DNA from: a virus
Lineage: Duplodnaviria; Caudoviricetes
DNA length: 29,706 nucleotides
IMG/VR virus record: IMGVR_UViG_3300020044_001295
Coordinates: 1 to 29,706 of that record
Reading direction: 5' to 3' (one strand)
Position numbers and translations under genes: made by a program. Positions 21,415 through 29,706 of the stretch are shown in pieces (within the stretch, counting starts at the first letter, position 1; each line of letters begins with the position of its first letter). The notes under the pieces were generated by a model. The model saw only the letters and a list, made by a program, of their open reading frames with translations. It searched no databases and was not told the DNA's origin.

Positions 21415-24114
21415 TTAAATCAGGCCAAGATTTTTCAACAAAGCATTCACGGTGGTTGCGCCTTGAGCAGCTTTTGTCAAATCACTAGGCGAAATACCTT
21501 GGTAGCTCTGAGCCGCCAATGGCAAGCCTTGCAACAAAGATTGCTGGTATTGAACCATCTTATAAGGATTTGCACGGGCTTCTTCAAACTGCGCTTTGTC
21601 TGCGGCGATGCCTTCAGACTCAATGCCACGTTGCTGTTGACCAGCGGCAAGCTGTTGAGATAGGTTAGCCAAGCCTGTGGAGGCTTGTGTAGCACCAAGC
21701 TGACCTTGTGCTTGAGCGCCTTGCAAACCTGTTTGTAAACCTTGCAAACCAAACGTAGCTCCAAACTGTGATTCTTGAGCTTTACGGGCTTGATCTGCGT
21801 TGAATTGAGCCATCGCTTTGTCATACGCTGTGCTGTAGCCTTGACCTGTAATATTGGCTTGTGTGTTAGCAAGATTTCGCTGTGTCTCTGCGTCAAGGAT
21901 AGCCTGACGGCCACCACCAAACGCGCCAGCTTGCGTCATCTTCCCTGCGTTCTGCTGTTGCGTAATCTGTGATTGACGGCGAGCCTCTTCTAACTGCGGC
22001 TCTAATGCACCCTTTAAATACGGGTTCATGTAATTCTGCATTTGTTCAGTATCAAACGGGGATGTCGTAGGTGTGTAAGACAAGCCTTGAGCTTTGGTAG
22101 CAATGTCACCCGCAGTACCTGCCGCAGTGCCAATGCTTGTAGGGGTAGTTAAAGTTCCAGCAGTATTAAAAGCTTGCGTCTGCAAGGGTGACTCACCAGA
22201 GGTCAGCGGCCCCATGTAAGCTTGATACGGCATGTTAGCCAAAGCTTGGCCCTGACCAAGCATGTTGGTTACATATGGGCCTGCCCAATTAGATAGGTTG
22301 GATTCAACGCCTGAAATGCCTAGACTAGCGTTTTTGTTGGCGGTGGTTAAGCCGCCTGTTTCGAACTTCTTGACTGTGCCACCGGATGCGTAGGCTTGAG
22401 CCAAACCACCGGGCATGAACTTATCGGGGTTGATCTTTTTGCCTTGTTTTTTGTTGCCTGTACGTGCCATACGAATTTTGTCCATCATTTGATAAAGCTT
22501 TTTAGCACCAGCATCTGAGTTGCCGTTACCCATATGAGACACAACGTCAGCAGGAATAACAAACTCTCCGTGGCTTAGTGCTGCGGGCTGGTTTTGACCA
22601 ATCTGTGCGGGGAGTTCATCTGCCATGCCGTCTGTTTCTCCTTGAAGATAACGGCCTTTAGCCATAGCAATTTCACCGCCTTGCGCAAACGCTTTGGCAG
22701 AGTTATAAGCCGCTTCAACATCAGCCAACTTTGTGCCTGTAGCCGCCGCTACCTCAGCAGGGGTGTAGCCCTTGGCATCCATAACTTCAGCAATAGAACG
22801 CAGATTGCCCGATGCTAATGCGGCTTGAGTAGTGGGGCTTGCAAAGAAGTCATAGATTTCTTTAGTTTGATCTCCACCACCGGCATCTGATTTGGGGTTT
22901 GCCACATACTTTGTTTCTGCCGCATAACGGTTAGCCGCATCAATATCACGTTGCTCTACGCCCGAGGTAGCCATTGCATTTGCAATTTGCTCAGGGGTAT
23001 GTTTGGCAGCTTGGTAGTCCAAGATGTTCTTGTACAACTTATCCAAACCCATGTCATTGACGACGGCGTATTCTTTGGCGCGAGATGAGTTTAAACCATA
23101 CATTCCGCGAGCAATATCTTCATCGTTTAAACGAACAGCATCCATTGCGTCTTGAATTTGCTTGGCGGTGGCGTATGGATTATCACGCAGCCATTTTTCA
23201 ATAATTTGACTCTGCTCCTGCATTCCGCCACCATGTGTTAGCGCGTATTTAGTAGCATCAGAAAAATTTGAAGTGCGCAGGGCTTCTTGTAAGTCTTCTT
23301 GGCTTACATCAAATTGTTTCATTGCGGAATCAATCTGCGCCCTGCTGGCTCGTGGGTTGTCAAGAATCCACTGATTAATATTGTTTAGATATTGGGCAGG
23401 AGTTAAGCCCGAAGCCATCGCCAGCTGGTAGCCTTTGGAGCCTAGGTTAACTTTGTCGTTGCCGCCGCCACCGGTAAGCGTGTCGTTGCCCTTGCCGCCT
23501 GTGACCGTAGTAGTTTTTCCATAGCTATCGACCCAATTTTTTATGTCTTCAGAATTGTTTTTTATAAGCGCCGCCCTGTCACTTGCACTTAAATTAGCCA
23601 AAGGGTCGTTAGGATTAAACCCAGCCATTTTGCTAGACGTGCCAGACAGATTAGCCCAAGGATCTTGTCCGGGGGCTAAGGCATAGGTTACATCACCACC
23701 ATAGTCAATACCACCTGCGCCCGGACGGTAGCCCTGTGCACGGGTAGGAGGCGCGGCAATCATTGAACGAGATGCAGATAGCGTAGGAATAACACCTTGG
23801 TAGCCCGTCTTTTTGTCTGCGTTTGAACCACCGCCATAGACACTAGCCAAAGCGCCCGCACCTGCCAGCCATGATTTATTGTCAAGTGCAAATTGCTTTA
23901 GATCAGACAAACCAAAACGAGAAGGTAACGTACCGCCTGCGTCTGTGTAGGCTTTGTCCCAGCTATCAATGCCGCTACGTACACCTTCGCCTAAAAAAGC
24001 ACCATCACCGCCAGCTTGAGACAGCGTTTCTCCGCCCGGATTAAATACATTTTCGTCAATTTGGGTGGCAACATCGCCACCAAAATAGCTACCATCGGCA
24101 TAATCAACAGACAT
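21415..24114 (-). CDS. Putative internal virion/pilot protein
   Basis: 899 aa, G/A/Q-rich; DGMADELPA...LSHGEFVIPADVVS domain; YMNPY...AGAFGGGRQA segment seen in podophage injection proteins. Confidence 0.65.
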   Translation of the reverse strand: MSVDYADGSYFGGDVATQIDENVFNPGGETLSQAGGDGAFLGEGVRSGIDSWDKAYTDAGGTLPSRFGLSDLKQFALDNKSWLAGAGALASVYGGGSNADKKTGYQGVIPTLSASRSMIAAPPTRAQGYRPGAGGIDYGGDVTYALAPGQDPWANLSGTSSKMAGFNPNDPLANLSASDRAALIKNNSEDIKNWVDSYGKTTTVTGGKGNDTLTGGGGNDKVNLGSKGYQLAMASGLTPAQYLNNINQWILDNPRASRAQIDSAMKQFDVSQEDLQEALRTSNFSDATKYALTHGGGMQEQSQIIEKWLRDNPYATAKQIQDAMDAVRLNDEDIARGMYGLNSSRAKEYAVVNDMGLDKLYKNILDYQAAKHTPEQIANAMATSGVEQRDIDAANRYAAETKYVANPKSDAGGGDQTKEIYDFFASPTTQAALASGNLRSIAEVMDAKGYTPAEVAAATGTKLADVEAAYNSAKAFAQGGEIAMAKGRYLQGETDGMADELPAQIGQNQPAALSHGEFVIPADVVSHMGNGNSDAGAKKLYQMMDKIRMARTGNKKQGKKINPDKFMPGGLAQAYASGGTVKKFETGGLTTANKNASLGISGVESNLSNWAGPYVTNMLGQGQALANMPYQAYMGPLTSGESPLQTQAFNTAGTLTTPTSIGTAAGTAGDIATKAQGLSYTPTTSPFDTEQMQNYMNPYLKGALEPQLEEARRQSQITQQQNAGKMTQAGAFGGGRQAILDAETQRNLANTQANITGQGYSTAYDKAMAQFNADQARKAQESQFGATFGLQGLQTGLQGAQAQGQLGATQASTGLANLSQQLAAGQQQRGIESEGIAADKAQFEEARANPYKMVQYQQSLLQGLPLAAQSYQGISPSDLTKAAQGATTVNALLKNLGLI

Positions 24115-24116
24115 AA

Positions 24117-25778
24117 TTAACCCCTTAACATTCTTGCAAGAGCATCTATATCAGCAGATGCTAGGTTTTTAGGCGCTCCAAGCGACCTTAGTTTATAAGC
24201 CGTATCACCACCAAACAACTCTTCCATCAATTTTATATTGGCATACGGATCTTGGCTAGGCATTGGTGCGTTTAAACCAAGATCAATTAATGACTGTTCT
24301 GTAGTTTTTGTGCCCGGTGTGGTCGTTTTGGTTGGTACAACCGTCTTTGTGCCGCCGGGAACCGTAACAGTTTGCAAGATGTCGTTGATGTTTAAATCAG
24401 GAAACAACTTGTCAATTTTGACTTCGTCATCTTTGATATCAGAAACAATATCTTTGGTTCTAAGATTTGAAATATATGGCGTGGGGCGATCCCCGGTAAT
24501 AACCAGCTCTTCAGGAGTGTCTGCGGGGATCGCCTTAGAAGTATTTGTGACGGGAACCATAAAGTCGCCAAGACCTGTAGGTCTATCGCCCGTCACAGTT
24601 ACAGTGCCCTCGTCGGCAGTTTTTTCTCCTGCGTTTTTAAGTAAAGTTTCAAGATCCGCAGAGCCTTGAATTTCACTTATGTTAGCTTCAAGGAACTTAG
24701 CCAAATCACCCTGCGACATGCCTTTAATATCTGCGGCTGGGTACATTTCGCTGATTAAATCAACAATCCCTTGAGTTGTTCCATCATCAGAAGCTGGCTG
24801 GTTTAACACAGCGTCTTCAATTCTGTTTAAACGTGCAGCCTCTCGATTGGCATCACGTTCCGCCTGTTCGCTTGCAGTTAGGCCACTAAAGTCTGTTCCT
24901 TTAGCTAAACCTGTAAGGGTGTTAAAGATTTTTTGATTATCGCCGCTACCCAAAGCTTGAACAGTGTTTAAACCTTTGAGGACATCGTTGGTTGTAAAAC
25001 CTGTATCACCAATATTAAAGTTTGTTGTTACGTAAGGAGAGGCAAGATTTGCCGCTCCCGCTAACGTAGGATTTTGTGCAAAGTTGTATGCTTTGGCTGC
25101 ATCGGCAACTTTAAACCCTGTGTTGCCAAGCTCCATGCCACCTGCACTAGCAGCACCGCCAAGCAATGCACCTTTAAGAATATCTTGATCCGTAAACGCT
25201 GCGTTTGCGCCACCCAATAAAGCGCCGCCAGCGCCAGCAGCCTGCGCGGCGGTAAGGCTTGGGAATAACGTACTACCCAAAAATGCTGCGCCACCACCCA
25301 TTGTGGCGGCAGTCATAATCATTGGGCCAAAGTCATCCCAAAAAGAAGATTCTTTTTCTACGTGAATTAATTTACCGGTGGTATCGTAATAATAATTCTT
25401 ACCGCCTTCAGAACGTTGAAATCCACCCAGCTTGTTGGCGGGGTCGATTTCTTCAAAAATTTGATTGTCTCCCTCAAAACCAATCACTTTAGGTTGGTTT
25501 TCCCATGCAGTCCAACCATTTAAATATTGAACAGGTGTATCGTAATACTGCGTACCGCCTTCAGTTTCGTATTCATTACGAACGGTTGCGCCTTTTTCGG
25601 CGTACAAAGCTTTAAGCTGATCCAACAACGGAGGTGTGCTTGTTGCTTGAGTGTTTACCGCAGTAGTCTGCGTATTGTTTTGAGGTGCACCTCTTGCTTG
25701 CTCATCACGCATCGCAGCCGCAGCTTCCCAACTACCCGTTAGTTGGTACAGTTCTTCATCGCTCATTGGTGCTGCCAT
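24117..25778 (-). CDS. Putative virion protein
   Basis: 553 aa with a central Gly/Ala hydrophobic glycine-zipper-like region; tightly packed in the late operon. Confidence 0.55.
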   Translation of the reverse strand: MAAPMSDEELYQLTGSWEAAAAMRDEQARGAPQNNTQTTAVNTQATSTPPLLDQLKALYAEKGATVRNEYETEGGTQYYDTPVQYLNGWTAWENQPKVIGFEGDNQIFEEIDPANKLGGFQRSEGGKNYYYDTTGKLIHVEKESSFWDDFGPMIMTAATMGGGAAFLGSTLFPSLTAAQAAGAGGALLGGANAAFTDQDILKGALLGGAASAGGMELGNTGFKVADAAKAYNFAQNPTLAGAANLASPYVTTNFNIGDTGFTTNDVLKGLNTVQALGSGDNQKIFNTLTGLAKGTDFSGLTASEQAERDANREAARLNRIEDAVLNQPASDDGTTQGIVDLISEMYPAADIKGMSQGDLAKFLEANISEIQGSADLETLLKNAGEKTADEGTVTVTGDRPTGLGDFMVPVTNTSKAIPADTPEELVITGDRPTPYISNLRTKDIVSDIKDDEVKIDKLFPDLNINDILQTVTVPGGTKTVVPTKTTTPGTKTTEQSLIDLGLNAPMPSQDPYANIKLMEELFGGDTAYKLRSLGAPKNLASADIDALARMLRG

Positions 25779-25780
25779 GT

Positions 25781-26029
25781 TTAAACCTTGATCTTTAGTC
25801 GGTTGTCGGCGGTGTCTCGATACACTTCGCCCACACGCAGATTAGCCAAGTCAGCCTGTGTTGGCAAGGTATCAATGTTAATATTTAACTGCGCAATATT
25901 GATTGGCTGAATAGCGTTTAAACGTTGAAAGAACAAGTTCAACACGTTTAGCATCTGACCCATATAAGCTGCGTCGTACTCTAACGGTGGGGAAGGTAAA
26001 CGTGGTGGAGCATCACTGAACAAACTCAT
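25781..26029 (-). CDS. Small tail-associated hypothetical protein
   Basis: 82 aa; ATGA-coupled to the upstream tail gene; PPRLPSPPLEYD motif. Confidence 0.65.
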   Translation of the reverse strand: MSLFSDAPPRLPSPPLEYDAAYMGQMLNVLNLFFQRLNAIQPINIAQLNINIDTLPTQADLANLRVGEVYRDTADNRLKIKV

Positions 26030-27945
26030 GAGTTGCCCCTTCTGCCGTCTTGTTTAATGTCAATACGAGGTGCACCCAACTGCCACGTAGTGCCAACTTG
26101 GGTAGATTCCATCTGGAATATCAACTGCCTGCCACGGATGCGAATGTACACCTGACCTGTAAATTCCTCTACGGGAGCGGTAGCAATACGTTGAATAGAA
26201 GCGTTGCTTGTACCTGCGGTTGAGCGTGGATCATTTGCCCCTGAACCTGAGTTTTGATACGGGATCAGAGTCATTGTGCACTGAGGCGTAGCGCCGGTAG
26301 AGCCACGGAATGTCAAGTCAGGCAGGACACGCCAAATAAAACCAAAGTTATGGCCGTCGTCAATGTCAAACTCAGAGGAGCTAATCAAGGCGTTGATAGC
26401 AGTAGTTGTGGCTGTAGAGTTGTCGTCTACGCCAAGTTCATGGTTGACCAAGTTGTTGATGTACGTCGCAGCTAAGGGATAGTTGAGCAAACCTGAATCA
26501 AGCCACGCAGATCGTTCCATCGTGCCGTAGTACCAGATGTCTTCAAGGTAGTTATAAACAACGTACTTGTCCACGGTATTACTACCGGCAGAACAGTAGA
26601 ACCACCAAGCCTCATTAAAGCCTTCGTTGGTTCCTGAAAACACTTGGGATGCCTGCGTCAAGTTAATGTCGCTAAAAATGTACTGACGAAGATCGCATCG
26701 CAGAGTCTGCACACGTCCATCGTATTTGTAGAACTTGTCTACACCCATCCAATAGACCACGCCGGAAGCCAAACAAACTGCGTTCGGGCCGATGATTGAG
26801 ACGTTGTCGCCAAGTAACTGAGAAGCCCAAACTACAGGCGGCCCTACGTACTGAAGCGAGTACACAGCAGAATCTGTAAACACCACAATCTCTTGACGGG
26901 CTTGAATAGCGGCAACAATCTCAGAACCGTGAGATAACTGCAAGCTACCGGCTTGGTTTGTAGGCGCAGGTGTCCAGATAAGGACGCTTTCTTGATCCGA
27001 CCAGCGAATCAACATAGGATTTAGGGTGGATGAACTGTAGTCATCACAGCCAAAACAGAATACAAAACGGCTTGCGTCAGACACAAACACAGACAGAACA
27101 ACCGAAGGTACATCTGCGTCTGCGCCCATAATGCTAGACACCAAAACACCACGGGTGTTTAAACCATTGGTTTGATCCCAATAGTACAACCCGCCGCCAC
27201 GGGGAGCAAACACCAAGTCTTCGCCAAAGTTAGATTGGCTCCATAGGCGGATGCTAGACGTAGAAGTTCCGCCTGTACCCCACAAGCCAGCACCCCAAGC
27301 GCCTGCGCCCCAGCCTGTAAGTGGAACTGCGTACTCAGGGCCAACGTTAATTTGATACGCAGCTACGACGGAAGCGCCACCACCGGCGGCGGCAGCGTCC
27401 GTAGCGTTAGCCGTAGCAGATGCTGTAAACGTGTAGGAGTTGGCGTTTATAACGGTAATTTGATATTCAGCGTTTAAAACGGTAGCCGTGATGTTTCCAC
27501 CAAGTCCCGTAGCACCGCTAAAAGTTACAAAGTCGCCCGTCACACCACCATGCGCAGTGTCGGTAACTGTAATGATGGCAGAGCCATTTGTAGCTACAAA
27601 CGGGTTATTGTTGATTGTGCTGCTTGCCCGAATAGGTGTGATGTCGTTGTACGAACCACCTAATGCAATGTAAAACTTTAAGTTAGTGCCTACACCAATA
27701 AGGTTAGCTCCGGTCAGGGTGACCCAATTCCACAATGAGCGGCATACACCCTCGTAAAACTCGTCAGAGATACGAGTCCATCCGCCAATCTTTTCAGGAG
27801 TTCCTGCACGGAAACGAACCTTTTCAGACTCGTACCACCCACCTGCCACGTTTGTGCCGGAATTTACAGACCCCATAGCCTCGGATGCGTACCGTGTGTT
27901 TTCGCGGTTAACCCCCGGACGAAATAGAATCTTTTTTAACGGCAT
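26026..27945 (-). CDS. Tail/DNA-stabilization protein (P22 gp10-like nozzle) with inserted beta-rich domain
   Basis: MPLKKILFRPGVNRE...KVRFRAGTPEKIGGW N-terminus; IRWSDQE, YWMG..KFYKYDG, EAWWFY beta-propeller-type motifs; ITVTDTAHG..TGDFVTFSG insert. Confidence 0.7.
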   Translation of the reverse strand: MPLKKILFRPGVNRENTRYASEAMGSVNSGTNVAGGWYESEKVRFRAGTPEKIGGWTRISDEFYEGVCRSLWNWVTLTGANLIGVGTNLKFYIALGGSYNDITPIRASSTINNNPFVATNGSAIITVTDTAHGGVTGDFVTFSGATGLGGNITATVLNAEYQITVINANSYTFTASATANATDAAAAGGGASVVAAYQINVGPEYAVPLTGWGAGAWGAGLWGTGGTSTSSIRLWSQSNFGEDLVFAPRGGGLYYWDQTNGLNTRGVLVSSIMGADADVPSVVLSVFVSDASRFVFCFGCDDYSSSTLNPMLIRWSDQESVLIWTPAPTNQAGSLQLSHGSEIVAAIQARQEIVVFTDSAVYSLQYVGPPVVWASQLLGDNVSIIGPNAVCLASGVVYWMGVDKFYKYDGRVQTLRCDLRQYIFSDINLTQASQVFSGTNEGFNEAWWFYCSAGSNTVDKYVVYNYLEDIWYYGTMERSAWLDSGLLNYPLAATYINNLVNHELGVDDNSTATTTAINALISSSEFDIDDGHNFGFIWRVLPDLTFRGSTGATPQCTMTLIPYQNSGSGANDPRSTAGTSNASIQRIATAPVEEFTGQVYIRIRGRQLIFQMESTQVGTTWQLGAPRIDIKQDGRRGNS

Positions 27946-27954
27946 TGGCGACCT

Positions 27955-28392
27955 TTATTTGCTGGCAACGCCTTTGGTCTTCTCAAAAGAACGCATACCG
28001 GCAATGCCCAAGATGCCTGATAATATCACCCAAAGTTGGTCTGCGTCTAGTACCGGCGGGGGATCCATTCCAACAGGAACCCAGCCCATAGCTTGCAAGT
28101 ATTTCCATGCCCACTGAAATAGCGGATACAGCAAAAACTGATAAGCCATAGCCGCTACACCGATCCAACCGATGGCAGGTCGCCAGCCGCTGACAAACAC
28201 GCTACTAGAGGCAGCTTCAATCTTGTTGACCTCAATCTGCGCTAGGTCTGTGGCTTGGTCAATGCGCTTCTCTTCAAGATCAAGCTTACGCTGCTCAATC
28301 TCCATCTCCATCTTTTCTTTGTCAGTGGTAATCAGGTCGCCTGCAACCTTGCCCACGGCTTCAATGATTGATCCAACGGCTAGTAAGCTCAT
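27955..28392 (-). CDS. Holin, 3TM gene-transfer-release (GTA-type) family
   Basis: QIEVNKIEA.S.SVFVSGWRPAIGW...LGIAGMRSFEK; adjacent to the endolysin. Confidence 0.9.
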   Translation of the reverse strand: MSLLAVGSIIEAVGKVAGDLITTDKEKMEMEIEQRKLDLEEKRIDQATDLAQIEVNKIEAASSSVFVSGWRPAIGWIGVAAMAYQFLLYPLFQWAWKYLQAMGWVPVGMDPPPVLDADQLWVILSGILGIAGMRSFEKTKGVASK

Positions 28393-28904
28393 TTCAAACC
28401 TTTCAATGTGCGGTTCAGCCAGCCCTTGAGGAACTTAACCTGCACGGGGTTCTTATTGCATATCTCAACGTAGCGGGCAATCTTGGCCAAAGCGTAAGAC
28501 TCTTTGAACCGCTGACCGTCTGTGATCTGGTTGAGCTTCTCAATGGTCTTTGCCCCGATACCGCCGTCAGGGGTAGCGCCTACCACGAGTTGCGCCAGCT
28601 TCACCGCCATGCCCATGCCTGCGTTTACACCAAAGTTAAAGATGGTGTTAGCCACGTCTTGATTAGAAATCTCGTTACCGCGCATCTTGTCCCAGAACTC
28701 AACACGGTAAAACTCACGCACCATAGGCGTAAGGGAGCCACCGAATTCTTTCTTATCCACAAGCGCCCAGCCATTCCACTGTGGGTTCTTGTTACGAGCG
28801 ATCCCAGCATAGGTCATGCCCCCTGTGTCGCCGGGTACTTCATGGAGGACGTAGCCGCCCTCGTCCCTAATCATCTGCTCAAAAGCAGGTTCAAACTGAG
28901 CCAT
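28389..28904 (-). CDS. Endolysin, glycoside hydrolase family 108 with peptidoglycan-binding C-terminus
   Basis: EGGY...DTGGMTYAGI...FNFGVNAG...DGGIGAKT...FLKGWLNR. Confidence 0.92.
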   Translation of the reverse strand: MAQFEPAFEQMIRDEGGYVLHEVPGDTGGMTYAGIARNKNPQWNGWALVDKKEFGGSLTPMVREFYRVEFWDKMRGNEISNQDVANTIFNFGVNAGMGMAVKLAQLVVGATPDGGIGAKTIEKLNQITDGQRFKESYALAKIARYVEICNKNPVQVKFLKGWLNRTLKGLK

Positions 28905-29001
28905 TGTTATCCCTTATCCAAGCTGAAATAAAGCCGTACAAAAATGACAGCGTGGCAACAAGCAAGACCCCAAGCGCAACGCCGATAAATGTGTCAGCCA
29001 T
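28891..29001 (-). CDS. 36-aa single-TM membrane peptide (below the ORF-track cutoff)
   Basis: MADTFIGVALGVLLVATLSFLYGFISAWIRDNNGSV*; AAGGAG RBS; TAATG overlap with the upstream stop; fills the gap before the endolysin. Confidence 0.7.
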   Translation of the reverse strand: MADTFIGVALGVLLVATLSFLYGFISAWIRDNNGSV

Positions 29002-29612
29002 TACTGTTTACTCCTTGAAAGCATGGTTGCCGCAATATCCATCATGGTTCTTGCCACCTGAATGTCGGCAGGTTCATTATCCCATCCCACAGTAATTTGA
29101 CCTACAAACCTGCTTGGGTCAGGTGGCACACTGATTCGGCAAGTGTAGGTAACCCCTTTGGCGATGTACCACAAACCCATCTCAGACTGCGCTGACTTGT
29201 ATTCCCCGCAAGGTATCTCGCTAGCCATGAGCCGAACCACATCTGTGTTGTTGGCTGCGTTCTGTGTAAACAGACCCACATCAAGCCCATCGTTGGTTTT
29301 ATCTCTGCCTTCTTTGGTGTAAGCGCGGTAAAGCACTCTGGTTCCAAACATGGGATTCACTTTGAACACGGCAACAATAGTAGCGTTGGTGGTCTTGAAC
29401 AAGTGAGCCGCAGCGTCTTCCACCCTATCCTCAACAATGCTTGGCATCTTCTTGGACTCTTTGTACGCGCCCATCAGCAGTTCTTGGTTCTGCCAAACAA
29501 AATAACCAGCAAAGGCAAACACCGCCATAAGTATTAGCGCAAACAGTTTAAACGGGCTATCCACATAGGACAGCACCTTGCTTAGTACATCTGCTGGTTT
29601 CTCGTCACTCAT
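29001..29612 (-). CDS. Membrane-anchored hypothetical protein
   Basis: One N-terminal TM segment (LFALILMAVFAFAGYFVW) followed by a ~160-aa alpha/beta domain. Confidence 0.75.
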   Translation of the reverse strand: MSDEKPADVLSKVLSYVDSPFKLFALILMAVFAFAGYFVWQNQELLMGAYKESKKMPSIVEDRVEDAAAHLFKTTNATIVAVFKVNPMFGTRVLYRAYTKEGRDKTNDGLDVGLFTQNAANNTDVVRLMASEIPCGEYKSAQSEMGLWYIAKGVTYTCRISVPPDPSRFVGQITVGWDNEPADIQVARTMMDIAATMLSRSKQ

Positions 29613-29706
29613 ATTCCAAACATCCCCAATACTTTTTTAGCAACCTCGTCTGGCAGGAAGCGGAGCAGGCCAAGCACCCACCACGCAATACACAGCCTGA
29701 CAAAGA
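29609..29706 (-). CDS. Partial small membrane protein (3' end only)
   Basis: ...FVRLCIAWWVLGLLRFLPDEVAKKVLGMFGI*; stop overlaps the ATG of the next gene (ATGA). Confidence 0.65.
   Translation of the reverse strand, partial: FVRLCIAWWVLGLLRFLPDEVAKKVLGMFGI

Noticed and set aside
1-29706. tRNA genes, integrase/att sites, reverse transcriptase or DGR repeats
   Set aside because: None recognisable by eye in this window.

Overview
A 29.7 kb segment of a tailed dsDNA phage genome, podovirus-like in architecture. The host is not determinable from sequence. Left arm (minus strand, 1-2149): N-terminus of a Zn-finger primase/helicase, an HNH protein, a PD-(D/E)XK nuclease and small hypothetical genes. 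These sit behind a ~480-nt highly structured untranslated leader with a sigma70-type promoter. The 2150-2920 control region also appears to encode a divergently transcribed ~83-nt small RNA carrying anti-Shine-Dalgarno sequence. Next come RusA (minus) and a rightward operon: Cas4/RecB-like exonuclease, Sak3-like annealing protein, SSB-like protein, DNA-binding proteins, many short cassette genes with repeated junctions, DUF3310 and a DUF1364-like nuclease. The right 20 kb (minus strand) is the late region: lysis genes (GH108 endolysin, 3TM holin), a tail/stabilization protein, three probable internal virion (ejection) proteins and a 3300-aa large polyvalent protein. The strongest unexplained signals are (1) the 3300-aa protein, a string of effector-like cassettes each opened by a (K/R)(F/Y/M)S(L/V)(R/K) motif downstream of an HEXXH metallopeptidase, (2) about 24 copies of the palindrome GTTTAAAC where about 0.5 is expected, and (3) the non-coding RNA cluster at 2150-2920. 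All family assignments come from motif recognition by eye, not database searches.
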